Source of the DNA: Octopus sinensis
Taxonomy: Eukaryota
NCBI RefSeq assembly: GCF_006345805.1
Contig: NC_042998.1
Span: 88,474,001 to 88,538,000, forward strand
DNA length: 64,000 nucleotides
Reading direction: 5' to 3'
Part shown: piece by piece, positions 53,089 through 63,945 of the stretch
Position numbering within the stretch: the first letter of the stretch is position 1
How the letters are laid out: each line of letters opens with the position of its first letter
The notes under the pieces: model-generated
Seen by the model: the letters and a program-made list of their open reading frames with translations, nothing else
Told to the model about the DNA's origin: nothing
Databases searched by the model: none
Made by a program: the position numbers and the translations under genes

Positions 53089-56000
53089 ATATGATATATT
53101 GTTAATAATATCAGGAAATCAATATCAGAAAATTCTTCCGAAAGATATATACGTGTGTAGAATAATTGTTGTATAAAAAATATAAATATATATAAAAATA
53201 TATGTAAATATGTATAAGTATGTATATATAATAAATATGACAGTTTAAAAGTTTTGAATTTAGTTTTTAAAGCATCTTACAATCATTTCGCAGAAGTGTT
53301 GTCCCTATAATGGAATCCTATATTGATAAGCATTTATAGACTACACTTCTGCTCCTCAAAGATATAAAATGTGAAATTTGTATAATTTATCGAATGGTAG
53401 TTTCTTAAAAATAGGAAGTAATATGCAAAAATGGTGTTTGTTTGAAATATGAATTAAAAATTACTGGTTTTGATTTTGGTATGTACACTTTAGTATTAGA
53501 ATCTTGAAATCCATATATTTCTCCTTTATAAATCTTCTCTAGTAATCCATAATGATTATGTATAAAATCCATTACATTGTCCTGTATTCCAAATATAGTT
53601 CATAGATTGAGATAATATAAAATAAAATATATGTGAAAATTTTAAGTGAAATCATAAAAATATATAACAATTTATTATATAGTATATATAATTGCTCATA
53701 TTAAATGTAATAATATATTAATAGTATTAATTCTTTGATGATGAGCTGCTTTCAGTTTCTGTCAACCAAATCCACTCACAAGGCTTTAGTCAGCCCAGCA
53801 CTATAGTAGAAGACACTGGCCCAAAGTGCCACACTGTGAGACTGAACCAAGAACCATGTGTTTGGGAAGCAAGCTTCTTACCACACATCCATGACTTTGT
53901 CTACAAAGCATTTTTTCTATACATATAATCACACAACCATACCTACACTAATATCTATATTTTATGAAAACTAAGCATGTTTGTAACCTTACTCCCAACC
54001 ATAGTGTCCTAAAAAGCCACAATAACGTTTCTTGAACCATGATATCAGAACATACATTAATAACACTACAATTACTGTTGTTGGAAATAACAGAATTACA
54101 CCATTTTCACTCTATTAATTTTTGTTATTTGTTTATTTTTTGCAGACATGGACTATGGCTGTCATTAGACCCTGATTATTTGTTCCTAATGTATTTCATG
54201 CGCTGCCAGTTAACTGTTACAGTGACACTAATTTTATTATTAGGACCAAAGGTAAGTTTTGTTAAAAGAAAAGCAAATTTAAAGGAACCAAAATATCCGT
54301 TCGCTATTATAGTTCATCAACATCATTTGATGCCCATTGTCATGCTAACATGGGTTTGATGTTTGAGAAGGGCTGGTAAGCTTAGGGGCTACATCAGACT
54401 CCAATCCCTCCAAGAGTGCAATGAGTGCTTTTACATGTCACTGGCATGGGTGCCAGTTGCATTACACCAGCATCTGTCATGGCTATCATTTCACTTGGCT
54501 TGATGGGTCTTCTTCGTAAGCATGGCATATTGCCAAAGGTCTTGGTCATTTGACATTTCCTCTGTGAGGCCCAACACTCGAAAACTGCTTTTTAAATGCC
54601 ACCGGTACAGGTACTAGTTATGTGACACCAGCATCAGCCACATTGCCCCCATGAGGCCCAAGACCCAAAAGGTTCTTTTTACATGCCACCAGCATAGGTG
54701 CCGGTTGCATTACACCAGCATCGGCTGCAACTACAATTTCACTTGGCTTCTTTCTATAAATCAGTAGTTTTGAAAATTTATTTATTTATATATCTTTTAT
54801 ATTTTACTTGTTTACGTCATTTGATTGCAGCCATGCTGAGGAACCACATTTTAGTCAAATGAGTCAACCCTAGTACTTTCTTTTTGAAACCCTGGTACTT
54901 ACTTTATTGCACTCTTTTGCTTAACTGCAAAGTTATGGTAACATAAACACTCCAACACCAGTTGTCAAGTAGTGAGGGGAGTCATGCACAGACACAAAGA
55001 TACACACACATAGATTTATATATGTGGTGAAAAAGGATCTTCAGACGTTGGACCTCACAGAGGAGCTGACAAGACACTGAGACTTCAGGCAGTTTACTGT
55101 GCTTGAGAAGACATGTCAAACCAAGTAAAAATCATGATCAGTCATGCATACAGGCATGTCCTTTACATACCTCTCTCAGCCAAGAGATCCTAGTTTTGCG
55201 GGCTGGTGGCTGCTGGTGCGATGTAAAAGCAACCATGCTGGTGCCACAATTTCTGTGACCAAAAAACCTTTTAATGTGGTGTTTCAGCATGGCCACAATC
55301 AAATGACTGAAACAAGTAAAAGAATAAAAGAATCTGCAATCCCAATTCGTCCCTCATACACTCATTGTTTACTAGGAATACACAATATAGAAACTGTATT
55401 GTTTGCACCTGTAGTCATGCCTGTGCTTACACACACGTGTGTGTGTTTGTGTCTACTTGACTTGACATGTGATAGTCATAAATGAGAGTCACTGTCCGAA
55501 TATTCTGAAAAATACATGTCTGGTTATGGCAAAATTTTACCTTGCATAGAAGAAACAGGTGAGAGTTGGCAACTGGAGGTGCAGCCAGCAAATGAAAATC
55601 TCCCTTAACAAACTCCATCTGCTCCATACAAGCATAGAAAAATAGATGTTAAAACAATGACGATGGTGATGATGATGATATGTGGGTGCATGTGTGTATA
55701 CATATTACACTTTTAAGTAATTTGAACTAAGAAATACTACAAACACAATAAGAATTACTTGGTACAAATTAAAGAATTAATATTTAATGACTGACTGAAT
55801 ACATAATATGTCATCAAAGACATACAGGTGTACATTCACTGCTCGTATTCCACCATCAACTAGACTCTAAATCCAAATGTATGGAAGGATCCAAGTTAGG
55901 TGAAAAATAAAGAACAACAGATGGGATGTGGTTAAGATTTTTTCCTGTTCTTTCTAGAACTACTTTACTATTAGTTAGGATAATAAACATAGCATCATCT

Positions 56001-56335
56001 TTATATAGATCACCAAACATTGATACAATTTTGTTCACTATGAGAATCCTCATCAAATTTGAGGGTAAACTGTGGATGAGGCATGATACCCCTCACATAT
56101 TCGATATTGCTATGGAATCTAACAACTCAGCCCTTGTCACCAATCTAGTTGGTATCTATTTCCTACACTGCCTCCAAGGTATATTCCTGAATCTTCACAG
56201 TGGTCTATATAGGAACAGTGCTCTGTTCATTATCCCAACTAATAGTAAAGTAGTTTGAGAAAGAACTAGAAAAAAACTTAGAAAATTTTTACCACAGCCC
56301 ATCTGTGTTATTATATATACACACACATATGTATG

Positions 56336-56379
<44 letters not shown>

Positions 56380-57945
56380 CACTGTATTTGATGACGTATA
56401 AAACCCACTTTTGCGAAAAATATGTCACAGAAAATCACCCTGGATCTTAATGTGAAATCAGGCCTACATTAAATGCTTCAATGCACCAAAAACTTTTTTC
56501 CTTTGTATGCACTGCTGAAATTAGGGTCTAATATATTCTTATGTGTTTAATGCGATCAAATACAATAATCTAAAACAAGCAACGACACTTATTCATATGA
56601 TGATAAACTAAGGAATAAAATTGAAGACATTGTCTATTATAGATTTACCATTTATATGATCTATAAAACAAATAACTGGAAAAGAAATATTTTAAATTAT
56701 GATATAACACACACACACACACACACACAAACACACACACTCACACACATGCACATGCATACACACCCACATGTAACATAAATCCTTAATTTTATTGAAA
56801 ATATTTCTGCTTTCAAATAAGGTAGACCAATTCCTTGGTAGCAAAAGGGAGATAATCTCATGAATAATGAATTTGCTCCAAAACTGACATGGTATTAAAG
56901 AATCATATTATTTGGAGACAAGACAACACATGTGGACACATTTTTCTGCCTCAATAGACATCATCGGCACAGCAGTTATTCTACCTTATCTCCAAATGAG
57001 AGGACATTTACCTTAGACAGAAAGGGATATTAAAATGAATAAGCCATAAATGTGTTCTACTGCTGACTCTTACCATAGCAACCTGTCTATCCTGCACCAG
57101 TATGGGAAGTGGACATAAAATAATGATGATGATGTATGTGAGTATGTGTGTGCTGTTATGTGTGCATAGGCCCAGGCATGGCTGTGTGGTAAGAAGCTTG
57201 CTTCCCAACCACATAATCCCAGGTTCAGTCCCACTATGAAGCACCTTAGGTAAGCATCTTTTATTATAGCTTCAGGTTAACCAAAGCCTTGTGAGTGGAT
57301 TTAGTAGATGGAAGCTGAAAGAAGACCATTGCATGTGTGGGGGGGGGGCATCTGTGTATTTGTGTTAATCCCTTCCACCACTTGACAACTGGTGTTTGTG
57401 TGTACACATCCCCATAACTTAGCAGTTAGGCAAAAAAGACTGATAAGTGCTAGGCTTTAAAATAAATGCTAGGCTTAAAAAAAGTCAATTTGTTTGACTA
57501 AAACCCTTCAAGGGAGTGCCCCAGCATGGCATCAGTCAACTAACTAAAACAAGTAAAAGATAAAAGACAACAGATATATATGTGTGTATATATTCTTTAA
57601 GTTCATTGATGGGAAACACTTTTGAATACTATAGTCTCTCAAGTTGACCAAAGCCTTGTGAATAGATTTGGTAGATGGAAACTGAAAGAATCCCATTCAT
57701 CGTCATCATCATCATTTAACATCTGTTGTCCATGCTGGCATGGGTTGGATGGTTTGACCAGGTCTGGCAAGCTGAAAGGCTGCACCAGACTCTAGTCTGA
57801 TTTGGCCTAGTTTCTATGGCTGGATGCCCTTCCTAATGCCAATCACTCTGAGAGTGTAATGGGTACTTTTATGTGCCACCAGCATGGCTGCCATTTGTCT
57901 GACACCAGTATCTGCCATGACAGACATATATATATATATATATAT

Positions 57946-57976
<31 letters not shown>

Positions 57977-58276
57977 TGAATGCATGAATCATGAATATGA
58001 TCCAACTTGCTTTGGTTTCTTTACATCCCCATAACTTCATAGTTCAGTAAAGAGAGAATAAATGAGGCTTAAAAATAAGTTTTGGAGTCAATTTGTTTGA
58101 CTAAACCCTTCAATGTGGTGACTCAGCATAGCCACAGTCCAATGGCTGAAATAAGTAAAAGATAAAAGAAATAAAATAACTTTATATTAGTGTATCTTTC
58201 ACAAGGAGAGTTTTACACAAAAAGAATCACATTTTGTTGGAAAGTTTGCATATAAAAGAACTTACACACACCTATT

Positions 58277-58310
<34 letters not shown>

Positions 58311-58323
58311 CACGCACATACAC

Positions 58324-58373
<50 letters not shown>

Positions 58374-61300
58374 AGTCATTCAAACGCAATCTTCTTTTTT
58401 GCCTTTTCTTCCAGTTATGGTATGTTCACCGTCCTCCAGATGAAGAACATATTCGGCAGAGAGCATATTCACAGTCTGACGTCCATGACAGTATAGCACA
58501 AGAAACAATGAAACTCAACATAGGAATATCATCCAATGGAGATGTGGATGTAGGAGAAATCAATCTGGCTGACATGGATCCAGAAGACATTAGAGTGAGG
58601 ATAAACTATATATTTTGTCATTTCTATTTTTTTTTCTTTCATTTTGGTTTCCATTCATCATCATCATCATCATCATCATCATTTAGCATCCGTTTTCCAT
58701 GTTAGCATGGGTTGGACGGTTCAACTGGGGTCTGTGAAGCCAGAAGGCTGCATCAGGCCCAGTCTGATCTGGCAGTGTTTCTACGGCTGGATGCCCTTCC
58801 TAACGCCAACCACTCCGTGAGTGTAGTGGGTGCTTTTTACGTGCCACCCGCACAGGTGCCAGGCGGATCTGGCAAATGGCCACGGACGGATGGTGCTTTT
58901 TACGTGCCACCGGCACGGGGGCCAGGTGAGGCTGGCAATGGCCACGATCGGATGGTGCTTTTTACGTGTCACCGGCATGGGGGCCAGGCGAGGCTGGCAA
59001 TGGCCACAATCGGATGGTGCTTTTTACGTGCCACCGGCACGGGGGCCAGGCGAGGCTGGCAACGGCCATTCATTTATATATTTATTTGTTACTGAGGTGA
59101 AGGTATCACTGTGTTATTGCAAAGTTTGGTTTTGGTTCAGTCCGACTCTGCAGTGCCTTGAGCAAGCATGTCTCTATATAACCTTTGGCTGAACAATGGC
59201 TTGTGAGTGCAACTAGTAAACAAAATCTGAGAAAAAGCCAAAAGAGCTAGCAGTTTTTTTTTCTTTTTAGAGAGAGAGAAAGAGAGGGAGGAGAGGGAGA
59301 AAGAGAAGAAGAAGGAGGAGAAAGAAAGAGAGGGAGAAAAGAGAGAGAAAGAGAGAGAGGAGAAAGAGAGGGAGGAGAGAGACAAAGAGAGGGAGAAAAG
59401 AGAGAAAGAGAGGGAGAAGGGAGATAAAGAGAGGGAGAAGAGAGAGAAAGAGAGGGAGAAGAGAGAGAAAGAGATGGAGAGATGGCTGGAAGTATGGATA
59501 GATAAATGGATATAGATATAGGTATATAGATATTTTGCTTAGGCATTGCAAGACTTATAGCCTAGTGTAGAACTCAACATGGATCATCAAATTTTGCATT
59601 ACAAATGGTGGGAACCATGTTGAATATATTATTCATTAATGTAGTTGAATAAAATTATTGAAAATATACATTTTCACCTATATATCCAGACTGAAAGTTT
59701 ATATATTGGAGACATACTTATCCGGCAAGTGAGTTGATCTAAGACAGTATGTTGTCTTTGTTTACAGTCTCTCATGAGCAAATACATCCTGTCCTTTCAG
59801 CTTTTAATGTTGGACAACCAGTATAACAAAAAAGAGTAACTTACTTGCAAAGTAATGGTTGATGATTGGAAGAGCATCCAACTATTGAAAATCTGCCTCA
59901 GCAATGATTTAAAGCTGAGCAGATTTGCTCAGTCTATGGATGTTTACTTCTTCAACCACCTGTTTTAAAAGTGCGTTCCGCTAAATCTTTTTGCTATTCA
60001 ACAACTGTTTTGATTAGAAAGCATATGTAAATATTAGACTATTACCCTCTGCTGTAGCATCATTTGTTATGCACAATAAATAAGATAACCAAATTACAGT
60101 ATAAACAATGTAACGAACTAACAAATCTTTTTACAAACCAACGATCAATATTCCTTGTGAACTAACCAACCAACACCTTCCAACTTCACTGCAAACTAAC
60201 ACAATCTCCACTCAACTACAAACTCTGCACTCTGAACTCACTCAAATCATTACTATTTATACTTTACTTGGACCAGTCTATCTCTAGCAAAGGGGTGTCA
60301 TAATTTTTATCACAACACCTTCAGTCTAGAAACCTGGCTTGAATGTTTCCACTAAAGGACCTCAAGAGCAAACTGGTGGTATTTACCTGGAAGATGGACT
60401 AAGTCAAGAACCTAGTGACAGGAACAGACCCTGGGTGAAGTTACCATAACCAAAGGCTATAGTAGATGACACTTATCTGTGTTGTGGAATTCAACCTAAA
60501 ATTATTTGCTGCAAAGCAAATTTCTTAGTAACACAGCAATGTCTCTTCATGCATACAAATATATCTCTCTTCACACAAAGAAATGTATATACAGTATGTT
60601 CATATATGTGTCTATGTTAACCTTCATCAGACACACATAGGGTAGTTTTAGTACTGCAACCTTGACAAAAACTAGCTCTGATTAGCAGCTAATGAATTCA
60701 AAATAAAAAGTGTTAAAAAATGCAGTAAAAGATGTATACATTAATGATAAAAATATGTAGAAAAAATAACTTGTATCAGTTGCTATCTAATTATCTCTTA
60801 GCATCTTTGATAAAATGCTGAAGTGTTGAAATATATGTACAATTGTAGGGTATTTTTTTTAACAAATCAAAATACTTTCTCCCTCCTTGTATTTAATTTT
60901 CTTCGAGTTTGTCATCTTAGATATAATCACTTTACACACACACACACGTGCATGAATACACACACACATGCATATGCACCCACACACTTACACACACATA
61001 TACACAGATATATATATATATATATATCATCATCATCATCATCATTTAGCGTCCGTTTTCCATGCTAGCATGGGTTGGACGGTTCAACTGGGGTCTGGGG
61101 AGCCCGAAGGCTGCACCAGGCCAGTCAGATCTGGCAGTGTTTCTACAGCTGGATGCCCTTCCTAACGCCAACCACTCCGAGAAAAAGCCAAAAGAGCTAG
61201 CAGTTTTTTTTTTCTTTTTAGAGAGAGAGAAAGAGAGGGAGGAGAGGGAGAAAGAGAAGAAGAAGGAGGAGAAAGAAAGAGAGGGAGAAAAGAGAGAGAA

Positions 61301-61419
61301 AGAGAGAGAGGAGAAAGAGAGGGAGGAGAGAGACAAAGAGAGGGAGAAAAGAGAGAAAGAGAGGGAGAAGGGAGATAAAGAGAGGGAGATAAATACATAT
61401 ATGTATGCACTCACACACA

Positions 61420-61456
<37 letters not shown>

Positions 61457-62033
61457 AATATATATGCATACATATTTGTGTGTGTATATATGTGTGCATG
61501 TATGTATGTATATGTGTGTATGTATGTATGTATGTATGTATGTATTATGTATGTATGTATGTATGTATGTATGTATGTATGTGTAATCAAAAGTGGATTA
61601 GTTGCTGAAAATGTATCCAACATACTCTGCTGCATATATATATATTTTTTTTTTTAAATGTTTAGATTCAACTATTTGATTTTAACATTTACATTCTTCA
61701 CACTGTTTTTTTCTGCAGGCTGAACTGAAGCGGTTGTATACACAATTGCAGATATACAAGACAAAAACAATGAGAAAAGATAATCCACACATATCAAAAC
61801 GTCGCGGAGGTCGCAAACAGACTCACAGACGCTTTTCTTTACAAGCATTCCACCATAAACATCGACATCATCACGACCATGAGCACGATCATGAAATATC
61901 GAAAACTCCTGAGGAATCTACAAATAGTGCTGAAGCTGTAGCCATTTCTATGGAAACAAGTGGTAAGACAGGTGATGAAACACACGAATCTAGGCCCGGG
62001 CCATCTGTATCTTTTAAATCTGCTCACAAATAA
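30823..62033 (+). CDS. GPR158-like: GPR158/GPR179-like class C GPCR, 3' part (8 coding exons, about 502 aa; N-terminal ectodomain exons not in window)
   Basis: Exons 30823-31173, 35296-35364, 38543-38652, 41169-41407, 48323-48461, 54146-54251, 58415-58594, 61719-62033 join in frame (intron phases 0,0,2,1,2,0,0; all GT-AG). Motifs [73 protein letters not shown] and [20 protein letters not shown] match my recall of the GPR158/179 family. Confidence 0.93.
31545..32107. mobile_element. Helitron/Helentron-like non-autonomous element, second member
   Basis: actagtagtatagcccagtgttgcacggg ... ggaggagat...acagacac...tttacatatatagat. Confidence 0.55.
32170..32400 (+). mobile_element. Possible old LINE AP-endonuclease fragment
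   Basis: Frameshifted PTSYTDL...[18 protein letters not shown] resembles the APE SDH motif region; weak. Confidence 0.3.
33638..34146 (-). mobile_element. tRNA-derived SINE family C, long copy
   Basis: Minus head ggaggcgcaatggcccagtggttagggcagtggactc...ggtttcaattccc. Confidence 0.85.
34265..34493 (-). mobile_element. RTE-type 3' tail
   Basis: (CAT)n-ttaacgttcgctttccatgctggc...ggatgcccttcctaacgccaacc. Confidence 0.78.
34527..34727. mobile_element. Tigger-like MITE in a (TA)n tract
   Basis: TA-cagtagtaccttggttttcaaacaact ... agttgtttaaaaactaatgtactactg-TA; a second internal TIR copy at about 34605. Confidence 0.72.
35296..35364 (+). CDS. GPR158-like: GPCR exon B: TM2 ([23 protein letters not shown])
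   Basis: ttttccag acceptor; 69 nt; ACA|gtaagt donor; resembles LETILFGSLLLY of GPR158. Confidence 0.92.
35537..35971 (-). mobile_element. Head-to-tail dimer of SINE family A with a single TSD
   Basis: taactcatgcaatatt at 35521-35536 and 35972-35987. Confidence 0.85.
36140..36460 (+). mobile_element. tRNA-derived SINE family C, diverged
   Basis: tggcttaatggttgggg...gagtttgattcc head; cagccttgtcacattctgagtcacactgaatctc core. Confidence 0.65.
37900..38420. repeat. GTG/GCA/GTT low-complexity tract
   Basis: Direct reading. Confidence 0.85.
38543..38652 (+). CDS. GPR158-like: GPCR exon C: ECL1/TM3 ([13 protein letters not shown]...LLKMYR)
   Basis: tttgccag acceptor; 110 nt; AG|gtaaca donor, phase 2. 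Confidence 0.94.
39150..39690 (+). mobile_element. Dong/R4-clade LINE 3' fragment (restriction-like endonuclease)
   Basis: WNIPIKT...NRLEIVV...[23 protein letters not shown]...IVIGA...[11 protein letters not shown] matches the decayed RPD-x-D-x-K-x-KY REL region and the R4-type C-terminus. Confidence 0.7.
40800..41125. repeat. Degenerate minisatellite, about 80-88-bp period, about 4 units
   Basis: ttccatgtaatt at 40833, 40921, about 41000 and 41086; tatactcttg-like at 40879, 40962, 41041. Confidence 0.7.
41169..41407 (+). CDS. GPR158-like: GPCR exon D: ICL2, TM4, ECL2 ([11 protein letters not shown]...[12 protein letters not shown])
   Basis: atttcag acceptor; 239 nt; C|gtgagt donor, phase 1. 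Confidence 0.93.
44522..44702 (-). mobile_element. SINE family A, old copy
   Basis: Decayed core ttttatcaaccctaaaaag...ggaatttgaac. Confidence 0.6.
46400..47008 (+). mobile_element. RTE LINE fragment with Cys/His finger region, interrupted by a SINE
   Basis: After removing the SINE: [40 protein letters not shown]...[14 protein letters not shown]...[11 protein letters not shown]. Confidence 0.82.
46477..46709 (+). mobile_element. SINE family A inserted in the RTE, 17-bp TSD
   Basis: aagaggtgcagcaatat at 46460-46476 and 46710-46726. Confidence 0.9.
47566..47964 (+). mobile_element. SINE family A with duplicated core
   Basis: ggcggcgagctggcagaaacg head; core present twice. Confidence 0.82.
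48323..48461 (+). CDS. GPR158-like: GPCR exon E: TM5, ICL3, TM6 ([27 protein letters not shown]...LYFAR)
   Basis: ttttttcag acceptor; 139 nt; AG|gtgagt donor. Missed by the ORF track but in frame with both neighbours. Confidence 0.93.
49170..49480. repeat. Diverged dispersed repeat, second copy at about 51170-51520
   Basis: Shared tgatggtcatgtctattt, aatcYaagattta, atgtcagactgttct and atttggagct blocks in the same order. Confidence 0.6.
50310..50670 (-). mobile_element. Old LINE 3' coding end (CR1/L2/Jockey-like)
   Basis: Minus frames HYSQSF / [15 protein letters not shown]...LQ*FK resemble the SFFPRT..WN.LP C-terminal motif. Confidence 0.55.
52434..52861. mobile_element. 428-bp palindrome (about 175-bp arms) with two degenerate hammerhead motifs
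   Basis: 52434-52607 pairs with 52683-52861; each arm reads CTGAAGA-GATYR...CARTY-RAAAC-ACRT-GTY outward from the centre. Confidence 0.82.
53742..53890 (-). mobile_element. SINE family B head
   Basis: ctttcagtttctgtcaaccaaatccactcacaaggc...gcaagcttcttaccacac. Confidence 0.78.
54146..54251 (+). CDS. GPR158-like: GPCR exon F: TM7 ([11 protein letters not shown]...LLLGPK)
   Basis: tttttgcag acceptor; 106 nt; AAG|gtaagt donor. Confidence 0.94.
55022..55330 (+). mobile_element. RTE C-terminal fragment followed by a SINE tail
   Basis: [15 protein letters not shown]...VLEKT, homologous to 25730-25838; ends aaatgactgaaacaagtaaaagaataaaaga. Confidence 0.6.
55917..56306. mobile_element. Fold-back element, about 95-100-bp imperfect TIRs
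   Basis: acagatgggatgtggttaag...aactactttactattagttaggataat pairs with attatcccaactaatagtaaagtagttt...accacagcccatctgt. Confidence 0.78.
57167..57567 (+). mobile_element. Complete SINE family B
   Basis: tRNA-like head and LINE-shared tail gtgccccagcatggc...aaaacaagtaaaagataaaaga. Confidence 0.8.
58415..58594 (+). CDS. GPR158-like: GPCR exon G: proximal C-tail (LWYVHRPP...DMDPEDIR)
   Basis: ttcttccag acceptor; 180 nt; AGA|gtgagg donor. Confidence 0.92.
58655..59068 (-). mobile_element. RTE-type 3' tail with an internal tandem array of about 62-bp units (58829-59068)
   Basis: Four units beginning ggtgctttttacgtgYcacc; CpGs largely retained. Confidence 0.82.
59229..59438. repeat. GA-rich 210-bp block, duplicated at 61179-61389
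   Basis: The two copies differ only by one T in a T-run. Confidence 0.92.
60065..60317 (-). mobile_element. Probable solo LTR
   Basis: TGTT...AACA termini, tataaatag box, flanks catt/cctt; related to 29061-29396. Confidence 0.45.
61027..61178 (-). mobile_element. RTE-type 3' tail, truncated at the GA-block junction
   Basis: Very similar to 58655-58817. Confidence 0.8.
61719..62033 (+). CDS. GPR158-like: GPCR terminal coding exon H ([14 protein letters not shown]...SFKSAHK*)
   Basis: ttttctgcag acceptor; open frame to TAA at 62031-33. Confidence 0.92.
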   Translation, partial: AELKRLYTQLQIYKTKTMRKDNPHISKRRGGRKQTHRRFSLQAFHHKHRHHHDHEHDHEISKTPEESTNSAEAVAISMETSGKTGDETHESRPGPSVSFKSAHK

Positions 62034-62542
62034 CAACAGGGTTGATGTTAGACACATGGAAAAAAAAATGAAAACATGAAAAAAGAAAGAAAAAAAGAGT
62101 TCCTAAAGCGCTTATGACACCATGTGGCTTCTGGTGTCGATATTTTATGTCAGCCACTTCCAATATGACAATATTTTTTTTGAAAATGCACTTTTTTTCC
62201 CCTGACATCTCTATGTAATAAATATTACATTCAGATGACAATTTGATTGACCAACATTACATTAAAATTATAAAATATAAAACAACCCCATCTGTAGCCA
62301 CACTACTGTTATGGCCTCAAATAAATCACATGGATTGTTGTTTTTGAACCAAACAAACAAACAAACAAACAAACAGACAGACATGTACCAACATAATCAA
62401 ATGTCACAATAGTATTTTCCTAGTTTAAAATATTTGAGTTTGTAAATTGCAAATTGTTACTGTAAACTATTCTCTCAAATTTCTTAGACTTGGAAATATG
62501 CAAACAAACATGCACACACTAACACACACAAATACAAGCACA

Positions 62543-62590
<48 letters not shown>

Positions 62591-63099
62591 CACACAAACA
62601 CACACACACACACATACACATCAACTTCTACCACAGGCATGATCATAATTGCAACAACAACAGAAGCAAAACATGATTAATTACACATCCACCACAACTC
62701 TGTTCAGATACAATGTTGTTATTGAACTTATATCAGTAATGAATGCAGTTGCATTGGCCAGGCACTACAGTGGCAAAATTGGTTCCATCAACAACTGCAG
62801 AACAAAAAAAAACCAGTTTACTGGGAGTCTTTCACATGTTTTTTCTTTTTTCCTTTTTTTTTTTTGGTTAACTATAAACTGCACAAAAGTATATTTAGGT
62901 TCAGTAAGAATAATACTATGATGTCATTGTTATTATACAAGTGTTCATAATTAGACTGGCTGTTTTTTTCAAGCGAGTTTTTCTAATAATATTTTGTCAC
63001 TTAGGCTGATCTGCTTCTGATGGCAAATGAAAGAAAGAAAAAAAAAATTCCCTAATTATTTACTTCTTTTTTGTTTTATTTTGGTTTGATATTTAAAGA

Positions 63100-63121
63100 A
63101 AGAATGAAAGAAAGAAAGGAA

Positions 63122-63159
<38 letters not shown>

Positions 63160-63210
63160 AAAGAAAGAAAAGAAGGAATGAAGAAACAAAGAAAGGAAGG
63201 AAGAAAGAAA
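63100..63210. repeat. (GAAA/GGAA)n tract
   Basis: Direct reading. Confidence 0.9.
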
Positions 63211-63648
63211 GAATAATGAAACTTTTACTTTCAATATAGACTTTTATTCCCTATTCCCTGCCCTACCCATGACCACCACTAAAGAAAACAATTTTGTTTT
63301 ATTGGCTTCATTTGTTAAAAGATAGTCATATAACTTGTTATTTTGAATCTTTGACAGAATCAAATTTAATTTTAAACTTTATTTCCCTTTTAATTTTTCT
63401 TTCTAGTAATTATTCCTTCCCCAATCATCATTTAATTCCCATTTTTTTTTTTGAAATTTTTTTTTTTGAAATTTTTTTTTATTCTAGAATTTCAGTTTAC
63501 AGAAATTGCCCGATTTGCAATATTTAAGTCAAATTAAATGATGTTAGCAGTAATAATATAAAGGTCCAAGAATGTCTTGTCTCGTCTGGAAAGTAACAAA
63601 TTAGACGCATATTCCATCTTAGGTTTGATTCAACAAGATGTTAGAAAC

Positions 63649-63649
<1 letters not shown>

Positions 63650-63710
<61 letters not shown>

Positions 63711-63735
63711 TATTATTATTATTATTATTATTAAT
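63650..63735. repeat. (TAT)n microsatellite
   Basis: Direct reading. Confidence 0.95.
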
Positions 63736-63744
63736 ATTAATGGA

Positions 63745-63945
63745 TTAGCAGAATTGATAGAGCAACTGAAAAAATACCTCAGAGTATTTGTTCTGGCACC
63801 ATACATTCTGAGGTCAACTTTGCCTTTTGCACCTTTTTTTGGTGGGGGGGTCAACAAAAAAGCACCAGTCTAGTACTGGGGTCGATGTAATCGACTACTC
63901 CCCCTCCCCTCAAAATTGCTGGCTTAGTGCCTAAATCAGAAACCA
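63745..63945 (+). mobile_element. SINE family A-related, diverged
   Basis: gaggtcaactttgcc...actggggtcgatgtaatcgactactcccc...aaaattgctggc. Confidence 0.65.

Noticed and set aside
58829-59068. CRISPR-like array
   Set aside because: The units are wholly repeated with no unique spacers, there are no cas genes, and the context is eukaryotic.
62217-62325. AATAAA hexamers at 62217 and 62320 as polyadenylation signals
   Set aside because: They are expected by chance in such AT-rich DNA; 3' end data are needed.
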